NCBI GenBank assembly: GCA_964348725.1
Contig: CAYGDG010000005.1
Span: 1 to 62,770 of the forward strand
DNA: 62,770 nt
Origin: an uncultured Candidatus Saccharibacteria bacterium
GTDB lineage: Bacteria > Patescibacteriota > Minisyncoccia > Phycocordibacterales > UBA9973
Direction: 5' to 3'
In this document: positions 27,053 through 37,513 of the stretch, in pieces
How positions within the stretch are numbered: position 1 is the first letter of the stretch
Layout: the number at the start of each line of letters is the position of its first letter
Notes under the pieces: generated by a model
What the model was told of the DNA's origin: nothing
What the model saw: the letters and a program-made list of their open reading frames with translations, nothing else
Database searches by the model: none
Translations under genes and position numbers: made by a program

Positions 27053-27547
27053 TTAAGCTGCCACCATCGCTTCTATTTCCTGGTCTATCTCTTCTTTGTT
27101 TATCGGGGCTTCCGGAGCATCGCCTTCTTTCTTGGCGCTTGGAGAACGGCGGCGCATGTCAGGGCGGGTAAAGCGCTTGGTAGCCACGGTGTTCTCCTTC
27201 ACGGTCTTCATAGTGAGGAAGCGGAGCACCTCTGGATCAAGATCAAGCTTCTTCTTAATCTCGCCCACTTTTGCCGGATCCATCTCAAATTTCATCCAGC
27301 CAAAGTATGCCGTCTCAAATGTGTGGCGCACGTTCTGGAGCACTTTAACCATCGGATAGGCGAGGCCCATCATGTGAGGCATCTCGTCCGAGATAGCCGT
27401 GCCGCCGAGAGAGGCTACGAGTTCTTTCATATTGCCGTATACAGCCGGGAGATTTTCCTCGGTTACGGTCGGAAGGAGAAGATAGCCGACTTCGTATATT
27501 CTCGGTTCTGCTCCCTCTATGTCTACATTATTTTCTTCGTTTTGCAT
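27053..27547 (-). CDS. rpsF: 30S ribosomal protein S6
   Basis: YEVGYLL.P, LAYPM, AYFGWMKF, EVLRFL; rpsF-ssb-rpsR order. Confidence 0.93.
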   Translation of the reverse strand: MQNEENNVDIEGAEPRIYEVGYLLLPTVTEENLPAVYGNMKELVASLGGTAISDEMPHMMGLAYPMVKVLQNVRHTFETAYFGWMKFEMDPAKVGEIKKKLDLDPEVLRFLTMKTVKENTVATKRFTRPDMRRRSPSAKKEGDAPEAPINKEEIDQEIEAMVAA

Positions 27548-27720
27548 TTTTTTGCTTAAAAACCCTTATATTTCTTTATAAAATCTCATTATGGACCTGT
27601 GTGAACCGGAGTCAGAGCCGGCTCAAATGAGATGTTTTGATAGTAGCAAAAATAGGCGGGGATGTAAACCCCTACCCGTCCTCCCCCTTACTAAGGGGGA
27701 GGTGCCGAAGGCGGAGGGGG

Positions 27721-28560
27721 TCAGATTCCGAAAACTCGGCGCGCATTGGCGATGATTGCCGCCGCCACTTCCTCTTCGGGCAAATTCTTTATCTCGGCGA
27801 TTTTTTTCACCACTTCCCGCACATATGCCGGCTCGTTTCGCTTGCCGCGATATGGCACAGGCGTAATATACGGCGAATCAGTTTCGCTCATGATCATATG
27901 CAGGGGCGTCTGTCGTACTACTTCATCATAGTCGTGCGTGAACGTAATGACGCCAGTGAAAGAAAGCGTGAAGCCAAAATCAATGAAGCATTTCGCATCT
28001 TCCAGTGTACCGGCAAAGAAATGCACATCGCCTTTTACTTTTGCGTGAGTTTTTAAAATTTCTAAAGAATCTGTGTATGCGTTTGATTCTTTATTCTCGG
28101 GATTATTTCTTATGTGCAACATGAGGGGCTTCCCTGCTTCATTCGCAATTTCTATTTGCTCAATAAAAGCCTGCTTTTGCTTTTCTATAGATTCCGGTTC
28201 AAGGCGATAATAGTCCAAACCGCATTCGCCGATGCCGACTACTTTTGGATCGCGAAGCATTTCCCTGTATTTTTCCTTATCAAAAATTTCCCCTCGAGAA
28301 GTAAATTCCGCTCCGCCTTCGCCGAGTTCTTTTGTGTCATGGTACGATGCGCCAGTATGTATCGGGTGCAGGCCTACGATGGCGTACACGCCTTCCGGAT
28401 ATTTGTGCGCCAAGTCTATCGCCGCATGCGAAGTGTCCGCCTGCGTGCCCACATTGATGACCCAGGTATCATTCTCCAGCGCACGCGCAACCACCGCTTC
28501 CCGATCCTCGTCAAAAGCTTTGAAATTCACATGGCTGTGTATGTCTATGTATTTAGGCAT
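27721..28560 (-). CDS. tatD: TatD family DNase
   Basis: IDIHSH, VGIGECGLDYY, HFFAG, SETDSPY, RGKRNEP. Confidence 0.95.
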   Translation of the reverse strand: MPKYIDIHSHVNFKAFDEDREAVVARALENDTWVINVGTQADTSHAAIDLAHKYPEGVYAIVGLHPIHTGASYHDTKELGEGGAEFTSRGEIFDKEKYREMLRDPKVVGIGECGLDYYRLEPESIEKQKQAFIEQIEIANEAGKPLMLHIRNNPENKESNAYTDSLEILKTHAKVKGDVHFFAGTLEDAKCFIDFGFTLSFTGVITFTHDYDEVVRQTPLHMIMSETDSPYITPVPYRGKRNEPAYVREVVKKIAEIKNLPEEEVAAAIIANARRVFGI

Positions 28561-30011
28561 TAGTCTTTTCGCAAAAACAGCGCCTCTTCCGGCTTTTTAT
28601 TTGATTTTGCAATGGCCATCATTTTTCGGCTCGTTTCTGGTAAGGCGGGTGCGAGCATTTGGCCGATATTGTGGAGTTTGATGACGAGGTCTTTAATAAT
28701 TTCTTTCGCGGCGACAGAATCGGTCTTAACGAGCTTGAATGGTTCTTTCTTTTGGATAAGTTCGTCGAGTTCTGTGACGTGCTGAAAAACTAGAGTCATT
28801 GCTTCTTGAATATTGAAATTTTCCATCGCTACAAGTGCCGGCGCCCAGTCTTCAGTCAAAGTCATATCCGGAATTTCCACTGCCTGCTCGAGATTCGTCT
28901 CGGCCATTTTCATGATACGGCTGGTGAGATTACCGAGCCCGTTTGCTAATTTAGCATTATATGATTCCTTGAAGCGTTCGAGTGTAAACGGCGAGTCTTC
29001 AAAAGAAGACACTTCGGAAAGCAGGAAAAAGCGCAGAGCTTCTGTGCCGTATTCAGCCACGACATCATAGGGATTTATGACATTGCCGATGGACTTGGAC
29101 ATCTTGATGCCGCCTTCACCGGTGATGAAACCATTTATGATAATCTGCTGAGAATTCGGCAAGCCAGCAGCCAGGAGCATCGCCTGCCACATAGCAGACT
29201 GCTGCCGCAAATTATCCTTGCCGCAGTATTGCGTCGGCGTGCCGTGTATCCAGAACTTTTCAAAGTTCTCGTTATTTTCCGGCCAGCCGAGAGTGGAAAT
29301 ATAATTTACCAAAGCATCAAACCATACATACATCACATGCTCGGCATCATCCGGCACGGGCACACCCCAAGACATTTTGGATTTCAAACGGGAAATGGAA
29401 AAATCTTCAAGTCCCGAAGAAACGAATGACTTTATTTCATTGAAGCGGAAATCCGGAATTACAAAAGAAGGATTTTTTTCATATACGTCGAGCAGCGGCT
29501 GCTGGAAAGCGGAGAATTTAAAAAAATAATTCTCTTCGTCGATGAGTTCGAGCGCTCGGCCGGGATGGATGGGGCACTCCCCTTGTTCATCGAGTTCGGA
29601 ATCGGTCTTATTCAGTTCGCAACCGACGCAATATTTGGATTGATATGTTTTTTTATAGATATAACCGTTCTCTTTGCAGCGCTTCCAAAATTCCTGCGCT
29701 GCGCGAAGGTGATGCTCGTCCGTCGTGCGGATAAAATGCACATCATCCGATATGCCGAGCAGATCTTTCAAGCCGCGGAATTTTTCCGCATATGCGTCCA
29801 CATATGCCTGTACATCTTTGTCTTCTTTTGCTGCCGCGTCGAAAAGCTTTTGTCCGTGCTCATCCGTACCGGTATTGAAAAAAACTTCATAGCCCTGCAG
29901 TTTCTTGGCACGCGCGATCACATCCGCACGGATTATTTCCATAGCAAAGCCTACATGTGGCTCGGCATTTACATACGGCAACGTGGTAGTGATGTAAAAA
30001 TTCTTTTTCAT
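28560..30011 (-). CDS. metG: Methionine-tRNA ligase (short form)
   Basis: YVNAEPHVGF, TGTDEHGQK, YVWFDAL, KMSKS. Confidence 0.97.
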   Translation of the reverse strand: MKKNFYITTTLPYVNAEPHVGFAMEIIRADVIARAKKLQGYEVFFNTGTDEHGQKLFDAAAKEDKDVQAYVDAYAEKFRGLKDLLGISDDVHFIRTTDEHHLRAAQEFWKRCKENGYIYKKTYQSKYCVGCELNKTDSELDEQGECPIHPGRALELIDEENYFFKFSAFQQPLLDVYEKNPSFVIPDFRFNEIKSFVSSGLEDFSISRLKSKMSWGVPVPDDAEHVMYVWFDALVNYISTLGWPENNENFEKFWIHGTPTQYCGKDNLRQQSAMWQAMLLAAGLPNSQQIIINGFITGEGGIKMSKSIGNVINPYDVVAEYGTEALRFFLLSEVSSFEDSPFTLERFKESYNAKLANGLGNLTSRIMKMAETNLEQAVEIPDMTLTEDWAPALVAMENFNIQEAMTLVFQHVTELDELIQKKEPFKLVKTDSVAAKEIIKDLVIKLHNIGQMLAPALPETSRKMMAIAKSNKKPEEALFLRKD

Positions 30012-30023
30012 TTACGTATGCAT

Positions 30024-31091
30024 TTATTTATTACCGCGGGCAAAGATCTTATCTTTCTCGAGGTCATTGATAAATTCCATGATGGCGACAGCACCCGGCA
30101 CGGCGAGGATGAGTCCCCATACGCCGGCCAGCTCCGCGCCTACCAGCACGGCCAGGATGACAACAAGCGGTGAGAGGCCCACCACGCGCTTCACGATAAG
30201 CGGATTCAAGAGATACACTTCAAATTGATGGATGATGACATACGCGCCGAAGACCATGAGCGAATCCGAGAGACCGCCAGAAAGATACGCAAAGGCCACT
30301 GCCGGCACCATAGCGATGACCACACCGTATGGCACTATTTCAAGCAGGCCGGTGATGATCGCGAGGAGCAATGCGTACTGGATGCCGAGGAGCGAAAGCG
30401 TAAGGTATGTAAGGATAGCGACGAGAAGGCCCACGAGCATCTGCCCTTTTATCCAAAGGGCGATCTTGCGGCGGGAACGCTCCCACAGGGATACGGCATA
30501 GTCCTCGTGCTTCTGTGGCAAAATAATGCGTAGGAAATTTTCGATGCCGCGCTCCTGGATGGAAAGGTAGAAAGAAATGATGACGATCATCATCACATTA
30601 AAGAGCGAGCCGAAAGCGGCGGACAGCGTCTGGAAGAATCCGCCGGAAAGGTTCGCGATGAATGCTTTGGAAGTGGCCAGGAGTTCTGGAATTGAAAATC
30701 CGTGGGCCAAGCTGTTTACGATATCTTTGGCACCGGAGAAGGCATCGCTCTGAAAATAATTCAGGAAGCCGGCATCCGGAAAATACGTGGAAATGGCAGC
30801 AGAGAAATTATAGACTTCCGTGATGAGAAGCGGCGCGAAGAGATAAAATAGTCCGGCCAGGACGGAGAGCGAGATGAAATACATCAGCACCACGGCCATC
30901 ACTCGACCAATACCTATTTTCTTCAGGCGAGTGACTGCTGATTCGATGAAGGAGGCAATAACGATAGAAGTCAAAATAACCAATACTAGATCACGCAATA
31001 CCCAGACGAGAAAAATTCCCAGACCGACGAGAAATGTCCGGAATATCGTGCCGGTCGTTATGGAAATGGAAGTTATGGACTTTTCAGGCAT
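30024..31091 (-). CDS. AI-2E family transporter
   Basis: Multi-TM; EIVPY.G, HQFE..LLNPLIV....GLSP, GLILAVP. Confidence 0.9.
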   Translation of the reverse strand: MPEKSITSISITTGTIFRTFLVGLGIFLVWVLRDLVLVILTSIVIASFIESAVTRLKKIGIGRVMAVVLMYFISLSVLAGLFYLFAPLLITEVYNFSAAISTYFPDAGFLNYFQSDAFSGAKDIVNSLAHGFSIPELLATSKAFIANLSGGFFQTLSAAFGSLFNVMMIVIISFYLSIQERGIENFLRIILPQKHEDYAVSLWERSRRKIALWIKGQMLVGLLVAILTYLTLSLLGIQYALLLAIITGLLEIVPYGVVIAMVPAVAFAYLSGGLSDSLMVFGAYVIIHQFEVYLLNPLIVKRVVGLSPLVVILAVLVGAELAGVWGLILAVPGAVAIMEFINDLEKDKIFARGNK

Positions 31092-31118
31092 ACCGAGAGT
31101 ATATCAATAAAAGCCTTT

Positions 31119-32390
31119 TTATTCCAGCTTTAAAATAGGCAAGAATTCTTCTTTTTTCTTAAATGGGCCGATCAGGGAAAGATTCAGCTTGCCGTCTTGA
31201 AAGATCTCTGCGGCGATTTTTTGTATATCTTTAGCTTTAATCTTGCGGATATTCTCGGCTTTCTTTTCCGGCGTCGTGATCTTCTCGCGCAGTACCGCCT
31301 GTCCCCCGTAAAAATTCGCCACATCGTCCGTAGCCTCCAGACCCATCTTCATATTGCCGATGATGAGTTCTTTCACTTTATTGAGTTCTTTTTCCGGCAC
31401 CGCTTCGTCAACGAGGCGTTTGCATTCTTTCAAAATTGCGGTGATGACTTCCTTTACGCGCTTATTATCAACGCCGGAAGATATCTGCAGGAATCCATGA
31501 TCAGTATAGGAATCCGGCGCGGAGCGCACGTAATAGCACACACCCATTTCTTCGCGCAGCTTATGGAAAAGTCTGGAGCTCATTCCAGCGCCGAGCACAG
31601 CTGCCAACACCGTAAGCGCGCCATTCCTTTTGTCATGCACATCATACGCGCGGAAACCGAGGACGAAATGCGTCTGATCCGTCTTTTTAAATTTAATAAG
31701 GGCCGCGGGGGCGGACTGCTTGTCGATGGTCTTTTTCTTGCCGGCTTTCTTGGCTTTCTTGGTCTTGGCAAAAGTTTTATTCACTTCGCGCATCACTTCC
31801 CCTGCGCTCACCGGGCCTGCCACCACCACAATCGTCGCTTCTGGAACATAGTGCGCTTTTTTGTAATCGATAAAATCCTTGCGCTCCATCTTTCGAATAT
31901 TCTCGCGCGGACCGGCAATGTTCCAACCGGCCGGCTGATCTCCGTAGAGTAATTCCATCATCAAATCCTGCACATGGCGCGGCGGCGTGTCTTCATACAT
32001 ATTTATTTCTTCGATGATGACGCCTTTTTCTTTGTGCATTTCAAGCTCCGGGAAAGTGGAATTTAAATAAATATCAGAGACGACATCAAATATCTTTTTG
32101 AAATGCTTCGCGTCTGATTTCGCGTAATAACCCGTGTATTCCTGCCCGGTAAAAGCATTGTATTGCGCGCCGAGGCCGTCCAGCTCGCCGGAAATATCCC
32201 CCGCCGTCGGGCGCTTTACGGTGCCTTTGAAGCACATATGCTCCAAGAAATGCGAGAGGCCATTTATCTTTTTCGTCTCATATTTCGAACCGGTTTCCAC
32301 CAGCACCAAGACGGTCGCCGTCGGATTGCCTTTCATCGGGATATGGATAACACGCAAACCATTCTTCAGTTTTTTCTGAGTAAATTGCAT
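31119..32390 (-). CDS. M16 family zinc peptidase
   Basis: GLSHFLEHMCFKGT (HXXEH); NAFTGQEYT; SSRLFHKLRE. Confidence 0.95.
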   Translation of the reverse strand: MQFTQKKLKNGLRVIHIPMKGNPTATVLVLVETGSKYETKKINGLSHFLEHMCFKGTVKRPTAGDISGELDGLGAQYNAFTGQEYTGYYAKSDAKHFKKIFDVVSDIYLNSTFPELEMHKEKGVIIEEINMYEDTPPRHVQDLMMELLYGDQPAGWNIAGPRENIRKMERKDFIDYKKAHYVPEATIVVVAGPVSAGEVMREVNKTFAKTKKAKKAGKKKTIDKQSAPAALIKFKKTDQTHFVLGFRAYDVHDKRNGALTVLAAVLGAGMSSRLFHKLREEMGVCYYVRSAPDSYTDHGFLQISSGVDNKRVKEVITAILKECKRLVDEAVPEKELNKVKELIIGNMKMGLEATDDVANFYGGQAVLREKITTPEKKAENIRKIKAKDIQKIAAEIFQDGKLNLSLIGPFKKKEEFLPILKLE

Positions 32391-32410
32391 ATTTTTTAGT
32401 ATATCATTTT

Positions 32411-33739
32411 TTAGCTCATTCGGCTGTGGATGTAGTCGGAGAGTGCGGAGAGCTTTACTCTCTCTTGTGCGCCAGTGTCACGATCGCGCACGGTAACGGT
32501 ATCTAAAAGCTCAGGCTTCTCACCGAGGGTGTCGAAATCAACTACGATACAAAATGGCGTGCCTATTTCGTCCTGGCGGCGGTAGCGTTTGCCAATGTTG
32601 CCATTGTCATCATACGCGATATTACCGAATTCTTTTTTCAGCGCAGCGAAAATTTCCTCTGCTTTCGCGACGAGTTCGTGCTTATTCTTCAGGAGTGGTG
32701 ATACGCAAGCAAGTACGGGCGCGATATTCGGCTTCAGTTTGAGGAATGCGCGTACTTCACCTCCCGCCTCGGCGGGTAAATCTTCAGAGTAGGCGGACAG
32801 AAGCACTGCCAGGAAGGCGCGGTCTGCACCAAATGATGGCTCGATGACGTGCGGAGTCATTTTTGTTTTTGCTTCTTCATCTACATATTCGAGCTTGTGA
32901 TTTTTAAGATCAAAATCTCCACGGTAAGCCAATCCGAAAAGTTCCTTGCGTCCAAATGGGAATTCAAATTCAAAATCCACCGTACGCTTGGAGTAATGCG
33001 CCAGGTCTTCGGGTGCGATGTCCACGGCATGCACTTTTTTCATGTCGATGCCGACACTTTCCATCCATTCGCTCATCTCTTGCTGCCAGAACTCAAATGT
33101 CTTTTCCCATTCTTCCGGGCGGATGAAATATTCTATTTCCATCTGCTCGAATTCACGGGAACGGAAAATAAAATCGCGCGGCGTGATTTCATTCCTGAAT
33201 GCCTTGCCTATCTGCGCCATACCGAATGGGAGCTTTGGATGGTATGCGTCCACCGTATTTTTAAAATTCACAAATATGCCCTGTGCCGTCTCCGGGCGGA
33301 GATATGAAATAGCGGAAGAATCTTCCGAAGCGCCCACTTTCGTCTGGAACATCATGTTGAATTGCTGCGCTGCAGAAAGTTTACCGCCGCAATCAGCGCA
33401 TTTCGTTTTGTCTTCCAGCTGATCAGCGCGAAAACGATGCTTACACTTCTCGCATTCCACCATCGGATCGGCGAAATTTTCCACATGTCCGGCTGCCTGC
33501 CATACTTCCTGCCTCATGAGAATTGCCGCGCGGATGGCATACATATCGGTGCGCTCGGAGACGAAGCGCTTCCACCACGAATTTTTGATGTTATGCAGGA
33601 GCTCCCCGCCCAAGTGGCCGTAGTCGAATGTACCTGCCAAACCGCCGTAAATTTCCGAACCTTGAAATACAAAGCCGCGGCGCTTGCAGAGCGACACTAT
33701 TTTTTCCATTAAATTATCTTCTGTTTTTTCTTTTGACAT
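32411..33739 (-). CDS. glyQS: Glycine-tRNA ligase, alpha2 (GlyQS) type
   Basis: YLRPETAQGIF, GKAFRNEITPR, REFEQMEIEYF, IGKRYRRQDEIGTP. Confidence 0.97.
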   Translation of the reverse strand: MSKEKTEDNLMEKIVSLCKRRGFVFQGSEIYGGLAGTFDYGHLGGELLHNIKNSWWKRFVSERTDMYAIRAAILMRQEVWQAAGHVENFADPMVECEKCKHRFRADQLEDKTKCADCGGKLSAAQQFNMMFQTKVGASEDSSAISYLRPETAQGIFVNFKNTVDAYHPKLPFGMAQIGKAFRNEITPRDFIFRSREFEQMEIEYFIRPEEWEKTFEFWQQEMSEWMESVGIDMKKVHAVDIAPEDLAHYSKRTVDFEFEFPFGRKELFGLAYRGDFDLKNHKLEYVDEEAKTKMTPHVIEPSFGADRAFLAVLLSAYSEDLPAEAGGEVRAFLKLKPNIAPVLACVSPLLKNKHELVAKAEEIFAALKKEFGNIAYDDNGNIGKRYRRQDEIGTPFCIVVDFDTLGEKPELLDTVTVRDRDTGAQERVKLSALSDYIHSRMS

Positions 33740-33745
33740 AGATTC

Positions 33746-35695
33746 TTATTCAGCCACGCGCTCCCCTGTGCCTAAGGGGAAGGCCGGATCGCTCGAGAGC
33801 CTGGTGCTCAAAGAGGTCTTATTGACCCGTACATTCACATTAGCAAAATCATCGTGTCCGGTCAAAACGGCATCATTGATGATGACCGGCGCCGAACCGA
33901 GCTGCGAGAGGGACGGCTTGAATGCTATCTGGAAAGAAACTTCTCTGTCCGCGCCGGAAAGTCCGGTGCCTTTCGGAATACCGCCCACCTTCCAGGTTAT
34001 TTCCTTTGTGGAAGAATTATAGGTTAGGTCTTCCTGCGGCGGCGAGATAGGGCCGACGAAGCGCATCCATGGCGGCAATGTCGCGCGGACCTGTGCGTTG
34101 GATACATTGTTCGCCGTATTTGAAAGTGTCCAAGTCACCGTGTACGTGGTTTCCTGCTCTACTTTCGGCGGGATGGGTCCGGTATTCGCGAACGGTCCGG
34201 AATAGTACAGAGCTTTGGCGGCCAAGCCGAGCTCAGAAATAATACGGATGATCTTTGTTTCGGAATTCGTCAGTTTCTTGACCGAGTTGCCTTCGAGCGG
34301 CTCCGCGCCTTCTATGGATACTTCTATGCCGATAGCCGGAGTTTCCAACAGACCGGAAGATGAGAAGAGCGCGTTTGGAGAAAGAGAGAATCCCACAGAG
34401 CCGGCATCTCCCGGTTCTATTTCCATAAAAGCCGGATTGCTGTTCTTGTCCCAGATGAGCGTGTTTTCGTTTGAATTATAGAAACCTTGTTCTGCTTGTA
34501 TGGATTTCCGATTCACGGCATTGCCGGAAATTTTCGCGCGGATGACCACGTTTGATAGCTTGGTATTGAGATTGTTTGCCCAGCGTATCTCGCCCTGAAT
34601 CGGCGTGCGGGTATCACTGGCATATTCGCGGGCATACTGTCCGTTTATATATAATTTAGCTTCAATGAAGGGCTTCTGGATCACCACGGTATGCGAGAGC
34701 GAGTTGAATACGACACCGATGGAAGACTTGTCGTTGTCTGACTGCGTGCCGCTCCAGATGTGAAAAGTTTTTTCTTCGCCGTCGGAAACATCCACCATCT
34801 TACCGATCACAGAAATGGTACGCTCGGCACCAGGAACGAGGTCACCCAGGTTCCAGACATTGTTCCCGAGCGACGGTGACGGCTTGGCCGAGACAAATTG
34901 AAAGCCCACCGGATAATCCACTTTCAGTAATATTTTTGAAGCTGCCTTTGTGGCATTCAGGGAAGTCTTGATATCAAAAGCGATTTCCTGATTCGGGCTT
35001 GCCTCCGTCGGCGCATTGACGGAAATATTTATCGGCGCGGAACTGATAGTCACTTGGTAAGCTTTTTCTTTTACGAAGATCGCATTCGAGCCTTCCACGC
35101 GATATTCGAGGGTGATGCGGATGGGCCGGATACTGCCTTGCTCGCCGAAAAGAGTGATCTTCATGTTTTCATTGCGTACGCCGCCGGACGGAATGGATCC
35201 GAGCGATTCGCGAAAACGCTCCGTCTCATTCGAGAGATCGCCCGAAGAGCTCTTCGGGTATTCGATGACCAGGTCAGCTAGCTCGAGAGCGGAATTGTTC
35301 CTGTTCGTTATTTCTACTTGCAGCGGCAGCTCTTCCCCGCCGGCCGTGAAGGCGTTGCCGAGGACGGCGATGTCGATATTGTCATTCGAAACGGTATTGC
35401 CGCCCGCGAAGAACATATATGCGGCGAATGCGAGCGCCAAGGCAAAAAAAACTATCGAGAATATAAAAAATTTCTTGAACATCGAAGTCTTCATGTAAAA
35501 TTTCTCTTCCGTATTTACCTTTTCTTCTTTCTGCCAGGCGGTCGGGACATTTTTTTTCACGAAATGAGTGAAGCCTTCTCTGCGAACTCCGCCGCTGGCG
35601 AAAGTCTTACTGGAAAGCTTCGTCTTCATCTGATCAAGACCCGTCAATTTCTCCCGCTCCATCTCTTTTTCAATATCTTTTTCTTCCGAAGCCAT
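33746..35695 (-). CDS. Membrane-anchored protein with multiple Ig-like/DUF11-like domains
   Basis: Single TM near the N-terminus, beta-rich body, TGPIPPKVEQETTYTVTW motif. Confidence 0.7.
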   Translation of the reverse strand: MASEEKDIEKEMEREKLTGLDQMKTKLSSKTFASGGVRREGFTHFVKKNVPTAWQKEEKVNTEEKFYMKTSMFKKFFIFSIVFFALALAFAAYMFFAGGNTVSNDNIDIAVLGNAFTAGGEELPLQVEITNRNNSALELADLVIEYPKSSSGDLSNETERFRESLGSIPSGGVRNENMKITLFGEQGSIRPIRITLEYRVEGSNAIFVKEKAYQVTISSAPINISVNAPTEASPNQEIAFDIKTSLNATKAASKILLKVDYPVGFQFVSAKPSPSLGNNVWNLGDLVPGAERTISVIGKMVDVSDGEEKTFHIWSGTQSDNDKSSIGVVFNSLSHTVVIQKPFIEAKLYINGQYAREYASDTRTPIQGEIRWANNLNTKLSNVVIRAKISGNAVNRKSIQAEQGFYNSNENTLIWDKNSNPAFMEIEPGDAGSVGFSLSPNALFSSSGLLETPAIGIEVSIEGAEPLEGNSVKKLTNSETKIIRIISELGLAAKALYYSGPFANTGPIPPKVEQETTYTVTWTLSNTANNVSNAQVRATLPPWMRFVGPISPPQEDLTYNSSTKEITWKVGGIPKGTGLSGADREVSFQIAFKPSLSQLGSAPVIINDAVLTGHDDFANVNVRVNKTSLSTRLSSDPAFPLGTGERVAE

Positions 35696-35713
35696 GTATC
35701 GATTATATCACAT

Positions 35714-36298
35714 TTACAGGTTCGTTTCGCGGAGCGCGCGGTTTATTTCCGTCAGCATTTTTGCCCGATGTTCTCCCGCCTCTATCAAGAGCTCGCCGGA
35801 GAGCGGTGAGCGCACAAGGCTGCTCAAAGCTTCGCTTTCACCCACATAGCCGAGGTGATTGAGGATGCGCAGCACGATGACAGCTTCCGCATTCGATAGA
35901 TTCTGCTTCTCTTCAGCAGTTTTTTCTAATACAGCAAAACCTTCCTTCACCGCATCAAAAAGTTCCGGATTCGCCTCTTCACCCGCCAGAAGCCGGCGAA
36001 GCAATCGTGAAATGCCAGAAACTATCGGCAGAAGTGCGAAATTCCTCACTAAACCATCGAGCTCGCTGGTCTTGCTCGCGCTCGTCAGCCGCCAGAAATC
36101 CTTGCCGCGCACCAAGTCCGCCCGAATATATGAATAGTCCTGCAGCACGAAGCGCAACTTGCTCTGCATCTTGCGCACGCCCTGCGCACTGGCCGCGATC
36201 ATCCCCAGCTCGCGCGTGAAAATGAAATAATACTTCCCCGCCTCGCCGAAATTATTGCTGCCCAATATAATCCCTTCGGTGTGATAAATGTGGTGCAT
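35714..36298 (-). CDS. recO: DNA repair protein RecO (short form)
   Basis: TEGIIL, FTRELGMI.A.AQGVRK..SKLR. Confidence 0.85.
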   Translation of the reverse strand: MHHIYHTEGIILGSNNFGEAGKYYFIFTRELGMIAASAQGVRKMQSKLRFVLQDYSYIRADLVRGKDFWRLTSASKTSELDGLVRNFALLPIVSGISRLLRRLLAGEEANPELFDAVKEGFAVLEKTAEEKQNLSNAEAVIVLRILNHLGYVGESEALSSLVRSPLSGELLIEAGEHRAKMLTEINRALRETNL

Positions 36299-36864
36299 TA
36301 TATTATCGCTTCTTCCAAAAGTTCCGGAAATTTATCCGTTTTCATATCTTCATAGCAGAAATGTCCGTAATCTTTGAATTCGTTTATTTTCAAATCTTTG
36401 ATTTTATTTTTTAGGATTTCTACTGTATCTTGCACTTCTTGCATATCATTTGTAGATACGAACATCGTAACACCTGCGGTTTTAGCTGCTAAATCACTAT
36501 CAATTTCAAAATCAAACATTCCTGTGTTCAAAGATTTATCGGGGTCTATCCACGGTGCGACTAAAACTACCTTGCCGACTTTGATATTATGTTCGCTCAA
36601 ATATCGCACGATAAAACCTGCACCACACGAGTGGCCGATGAGGATAGTTTCCTCATCTAAAGGAAATCTTTCAAAAGTTCCTTTCCACGCCTCATATTCC
36701 GGCTCGTATGGCACGGGCATTTCCGGCGTCTGCGCGAGAATATCTTTTAGCAACAATTGCTTTTGTATCCACGGCAGCCAATGGAAATTAGAAGAAGCCG
36801 GTCGGACCGGATCATAGTATTCATCCTTTGTCGGCATTCCGTGGATAATTATCGCTGTTTTCAT
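36298..36864 (-). CDS. RBBP9/YdeN family alpha/beta hydrolase
   Basis: IIHG, GHSCG nucleophile elbow, GHF. Confidence 0.88.
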   Translation of the reverse strand: MKTAIIIHGMPTKDEYYDPVRPASSNFHWLPWIQKQLLLKDILAQTPEMPVPYEPEYEAWKGTFERFPLDEETILIGHSCGAGFIVRYLSEHNIKVGKVVLVAPWIDPDKSLNTGMFDFEIDSDLAAKTAGVTMFVSTNDMQEVQDTVEILKNKIKDLKINEFKDYGHFCYEDMKTDKFPELLEEAII

Positions 36865-36868
36865 TCCC

Positions 36869-37513
36869 CTATTTTAGCACGAAGTTCTGGAGCTCTGAAA
36901 TTATTGGTTGTATTGTCTCGTCAGTGATATCTTCCGGCTGTATTTTACATTTACTAAATATCTGCTTTTCAATTTGGGTAAAAAGATTGTAAGAATTTTC
37001 CGCATACTCTTCGCTTATTCTCTTGTCTCTGTTTTTCCACTCAGTCACCCGTTCTCGTAATCCGAGGACGCCTTTAGGGCCTACACGGAAGTCCACGTAT
37101 TTGCAAATTAAAATATCAGCATTCAGGCTAGAATCGCTTTTCTCTATCATTTTAGTAGTAATCGCTTCCACAAGCTCAAAAGTTTTACCATCAATTCCTA
37201 ATTCTTTCACTATCGCAAAAGTTGCCAAGTGGTCATCTGTACCGTATTTTTCGATAAATTCTTTCTGGATGCCTTGCCAGTATTCGAATCCTTGCTGTGC
37301 AAAAAATTCAGGGAAGTAATTTTTTGTATATTCCAAGTCGAACTTCACTATATTGCCCATGTCGTGCAACAAGCATGCTTCTATAATATTTTCTTTCGGT
37401 AAAGGTTCGTCAAAATTATCACAGACCGTAGCAGCTACGGCAGCTACGCGCAGCATATGCTCGCGGAGCTGGGGCATTATTTTATATGTATCATATATTT
37501 CTTGAATTTTCAT
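36869..37513 (-). CDS. HD domain protein
   Basis: HMLRVA, LLHDMG, YVDFRV. Confidence 0.85.
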   Translation of the reverse strand: MKIQEIYDTYKIMPQLREHMLRVAAVAATVCDNFDEPLPKENIIEACLLHDMGNIVKFDLEYTKNYFPEFFAQQGFEYWQGIQKEFIEKYGTDDHLATFAIVKELGIDGKTFELVEAITTKMIEKSDSSLNADILICKYVDFRVGPKGVLGLRERVTEWKNRDKRISEEYAENSYNLFTQIEKQIFSKCKIQPEDITDETIQPIISELQNFVLK

